This document shows positions 61,701-64,000 of a DNA stretch of 64,000 nt, piece after piece. The stretch comes from Lepidodermella squamata (Eukaryota; Animalia; Gastrotricha). Under the pieces are notes generated by a model that was not told the origin of the DNA, ran no database searches, and saw only the letters and a list, made by a program, of their open reading frames with translations. The stretch lies in contig JBLDXI010000032.1 in the NCBI GenBank assembly GCA_047495785.1, positions 2,108,001 to 2,172,000 of the forward strand, given 5' to 3'. Each line of letters opens with the position of its first letter. Position 1 is the stretch's first letter. The translations under genes were made by a program, and so were the position numbers.

Positions 61701-63885
61701 TGGGTATAGATGCCCCAAGCATAGCGACCAAATGGTTGCAGCGGACTGCCACTTTGCCAAAGGGAGAGCGAGAGCGGCTGCGTATCGACCCAAGCATAAG
61801 TATAGCCATTAAATTTCAATCCAACCCAGCCAGAACTCAGGCCCTCCTTGGCAACCAAAGCCCGTACCATTTTGTGTTCGTCCAAGTTCTTGACAGTGGC
61901 CAATTGACCGTTGGCAGCCAGGCATAAATCGTTCGCTTGATTGTATAAACCCGCGCCTTGCCCCGACGGTGGTTTTATGACAAAGTAAGACTTCTTAGCG
62001 TTGAGGCAGTCGGATTTAGTGAGGAAGAGACGTTTCCTAGGTATCTGCAAACTTAAGGAGCCGCTGCAAGCTATACGGGGAAAATATCCGTCAAAAAATC
62101 ATAAAATCAAAGCCACTGAACCATTCGAATTTGCAGGGTAGCAACCCACGACACCATTTTCACTCAAACGTATACAGCGAATCCATCCAACCTTTTCGGA
62201 ATGAATAATATCGAGCCACATGTTCTAATAAAATAACCTACGAAGTTCATGCACGTTTCATAATTTCGGTTGAAGTATAGGGATTGGACAAAGACTGCCA
62301 TCTGTCATAAAGATATCAGTATTTTAAGCAAAATTTATTTATCGCATAACAGACCTCTGTTTCAGTATGGTTATCGCAGACGTCGGCAGTACACCGAAAT
62401 GTCCCATCGTTTTTGGCGCAATACCTGGCTGACTATTTTTAATGAAAAGACTGTGGCTAAACAAGGACAAGATTAACGCTAATAAAGTCTTACTCCAATG
62501 GTGCATTTATCGATGCTACTGTAGACAATTCTGTCGAGTTCCATCTGTTTATAAAGAAAAATTACTTCTGAACTTGCACATATTGTTTCAATTACTAACA
62601 AAACCTGGATCGCATTCTGATAGTTGTGCGACGCAGGTTGGATTTCGTTTATTGACGTCAACACATCGAATCACCTCAACCTAGAAATCGAATGCGGTAA
62701 AAAATCATCATAGTAATAGGCTCTTGAGATTCTCAACTTACATTTGCCTTGCAAACTCTAACAGCCGGATTGTAGTTTTCTTCCAGGTCAACGTAACTAT
62801 CATAAACTGCCACCTTGAAAAGCATATGCCACGTAAGAAGTGTTAGACTTGAAGGAAAATATCAGCTCAGTTTACCGTAGTAAAGCTCGACGGGCAGTTG
62901 TAATTCGTTGAAGTCATGGCGTATTCATTTGTAGCTCTGTTGAGGCAGCAGACAGCCTTCTGAAAAAGAAATACAGTGCGCCTTCAATAAATGTAAACCG
63001 AAAATTTACTCCACACCTGTTAGAAGTCCTCACTGTCTAAACCTAGACTCTGGGGGGTACTTTCGGGTATTTTCGGCAACAAATTTATCGAACCAAAAGG
63101 TTCACCCATCAGATTCTTTTGGGGCTTTCTTGCCTGGACCTCTCGAGCTGGGGGGAAGTTACCCCCCGTCCCCCCTGTACTTCGCACACTGCTAGAGTAT
63201 ACAAAGAACTTACTCCTGTCTCGCACTGCTCCAAAGTTTGGAAGTATTGAATTGGGGTAGTCGGATCTATAGGAACCATCTAAAAGTACTCGTCAAAGAG
63301 AGATAGTGTAAAATTATAGAAATAACTCACGTCGATGGAGGCTCTCTTTGCTGTACCGTTACAGCCTGGCGAATTCACTGGTTGACAACCTCTAAAACTT
63401 CGTCTGTTTGGGTCTATGCAGCGGGTGAAAGGGACTGCAAAACTCGAAATATTACTCCTTAAAGAAGCTAAATATCATTGGAACTTACTGCAGTCTGGGA
63501 CTGAACAGACGCTGGTAGTGCTGCCGCCAGTGTAACAGTAGACGCCACTGCGGCCTTCAGGATTGCGGCATGCAGCACCAGACGCCAGTATGTCGCCTCT
63601 CGGGAAGAGTAATGGGTTCAGAGGAGTCATCGTCCATGATGAGCATGCCTGCGAAGGGGTCGCCTTAGCCATGGAACCCTCGTAGTCGTAGCCGGTTTTA
63701 GTAAATTTACACTCTTTGGTGAGGCGTGTCCCCTTCTGCGTCCCGCAAGTCGCGTAGATCACCATGGTAAACTTTATTGTTGCCTGATACGCATAAAGCT
63801 GCGGATCGTGGTACAGCCTCATCACCGCCCATTGGTTGTTTGTCTCGAGCAATCGACCGGCCTTGACGGTGCTTATGCAGATCCT
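58797..63885 (-). CDS. Tandem paralog of 48411-56773 (CUB end, kringle, Cys modules, 5 C-type lectin domains); 5' part beyond window
   Basis: Exon-by-exon colinear with the first copy, conserved splice sites, introns more diverged than exons; 3' flank also homologous (48110-48400 vs 58480-58770). Confidence 0.9.
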
Positions 63886-64000
63886 GGAATTACGTCAAAA
63901 TAAATCTCAAGCACTACATTTTCGCAAAAACTTGTGGCAGTTTAAGATTCACGTCCACCTTAAAAATTTTTATTCTCAATTTTTTATTATAACGCCCCCA

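Noticed and set aside
62973-63191. hAT-like MITE in intron of second lectin gene
   Set aside because: Insertion relative to copy 1 is evident and has cagtg/cactg ends, but no TSD; too weak to classify.

Overview
Eukaryotic (invertebrate metazoan, plausibly nematode-like) genomic DNA: AT-rich, short GT-AG introns with TTTTCAG-type acceptors, so the ORF track shows only exon fragments. Host genes reconstructed by hand: 5' part of an aspartate aminotransferase, two tandem 2xEF-hand proteins, a 9-exon Cys-rich (EB-module-like) secreted protein, a synaptotagmin-15-like tandem-C2 protein without a TM anchor, an intronless PQQ/BamB-like beta-propeller surface protein (HGT candidate), a permuted papain-fold (PPPDE/LRAT-like) enzyme, three small Cys-rich membrane/secreted proteins, and two tandem copies of a large gene encoding catalytically dead astacin + EGF + CUB + kringle + an unrecognised Cys repeat + 5 C-type lectin domains (second copy runs off the window before its astacin exons). 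About 18.8-43.9 kb is a dense nest of DNA transposons dominated by Mutator (MULE) elements with 8-9 bp TSDs, including two transposase genes, one of them spliced in frame to a C3HC4 RING finger. There is also a 179-bp GC-rich satellite with 537-bp higher-order structure, an internal (TTAGGG)7 tract, a tRNA-derived SINE, a DINE-1/Helentron-like element and a restriction-like-endonuclease retrotransposon remnant. All family assignments come from motif recognition by eye; no searches were run.
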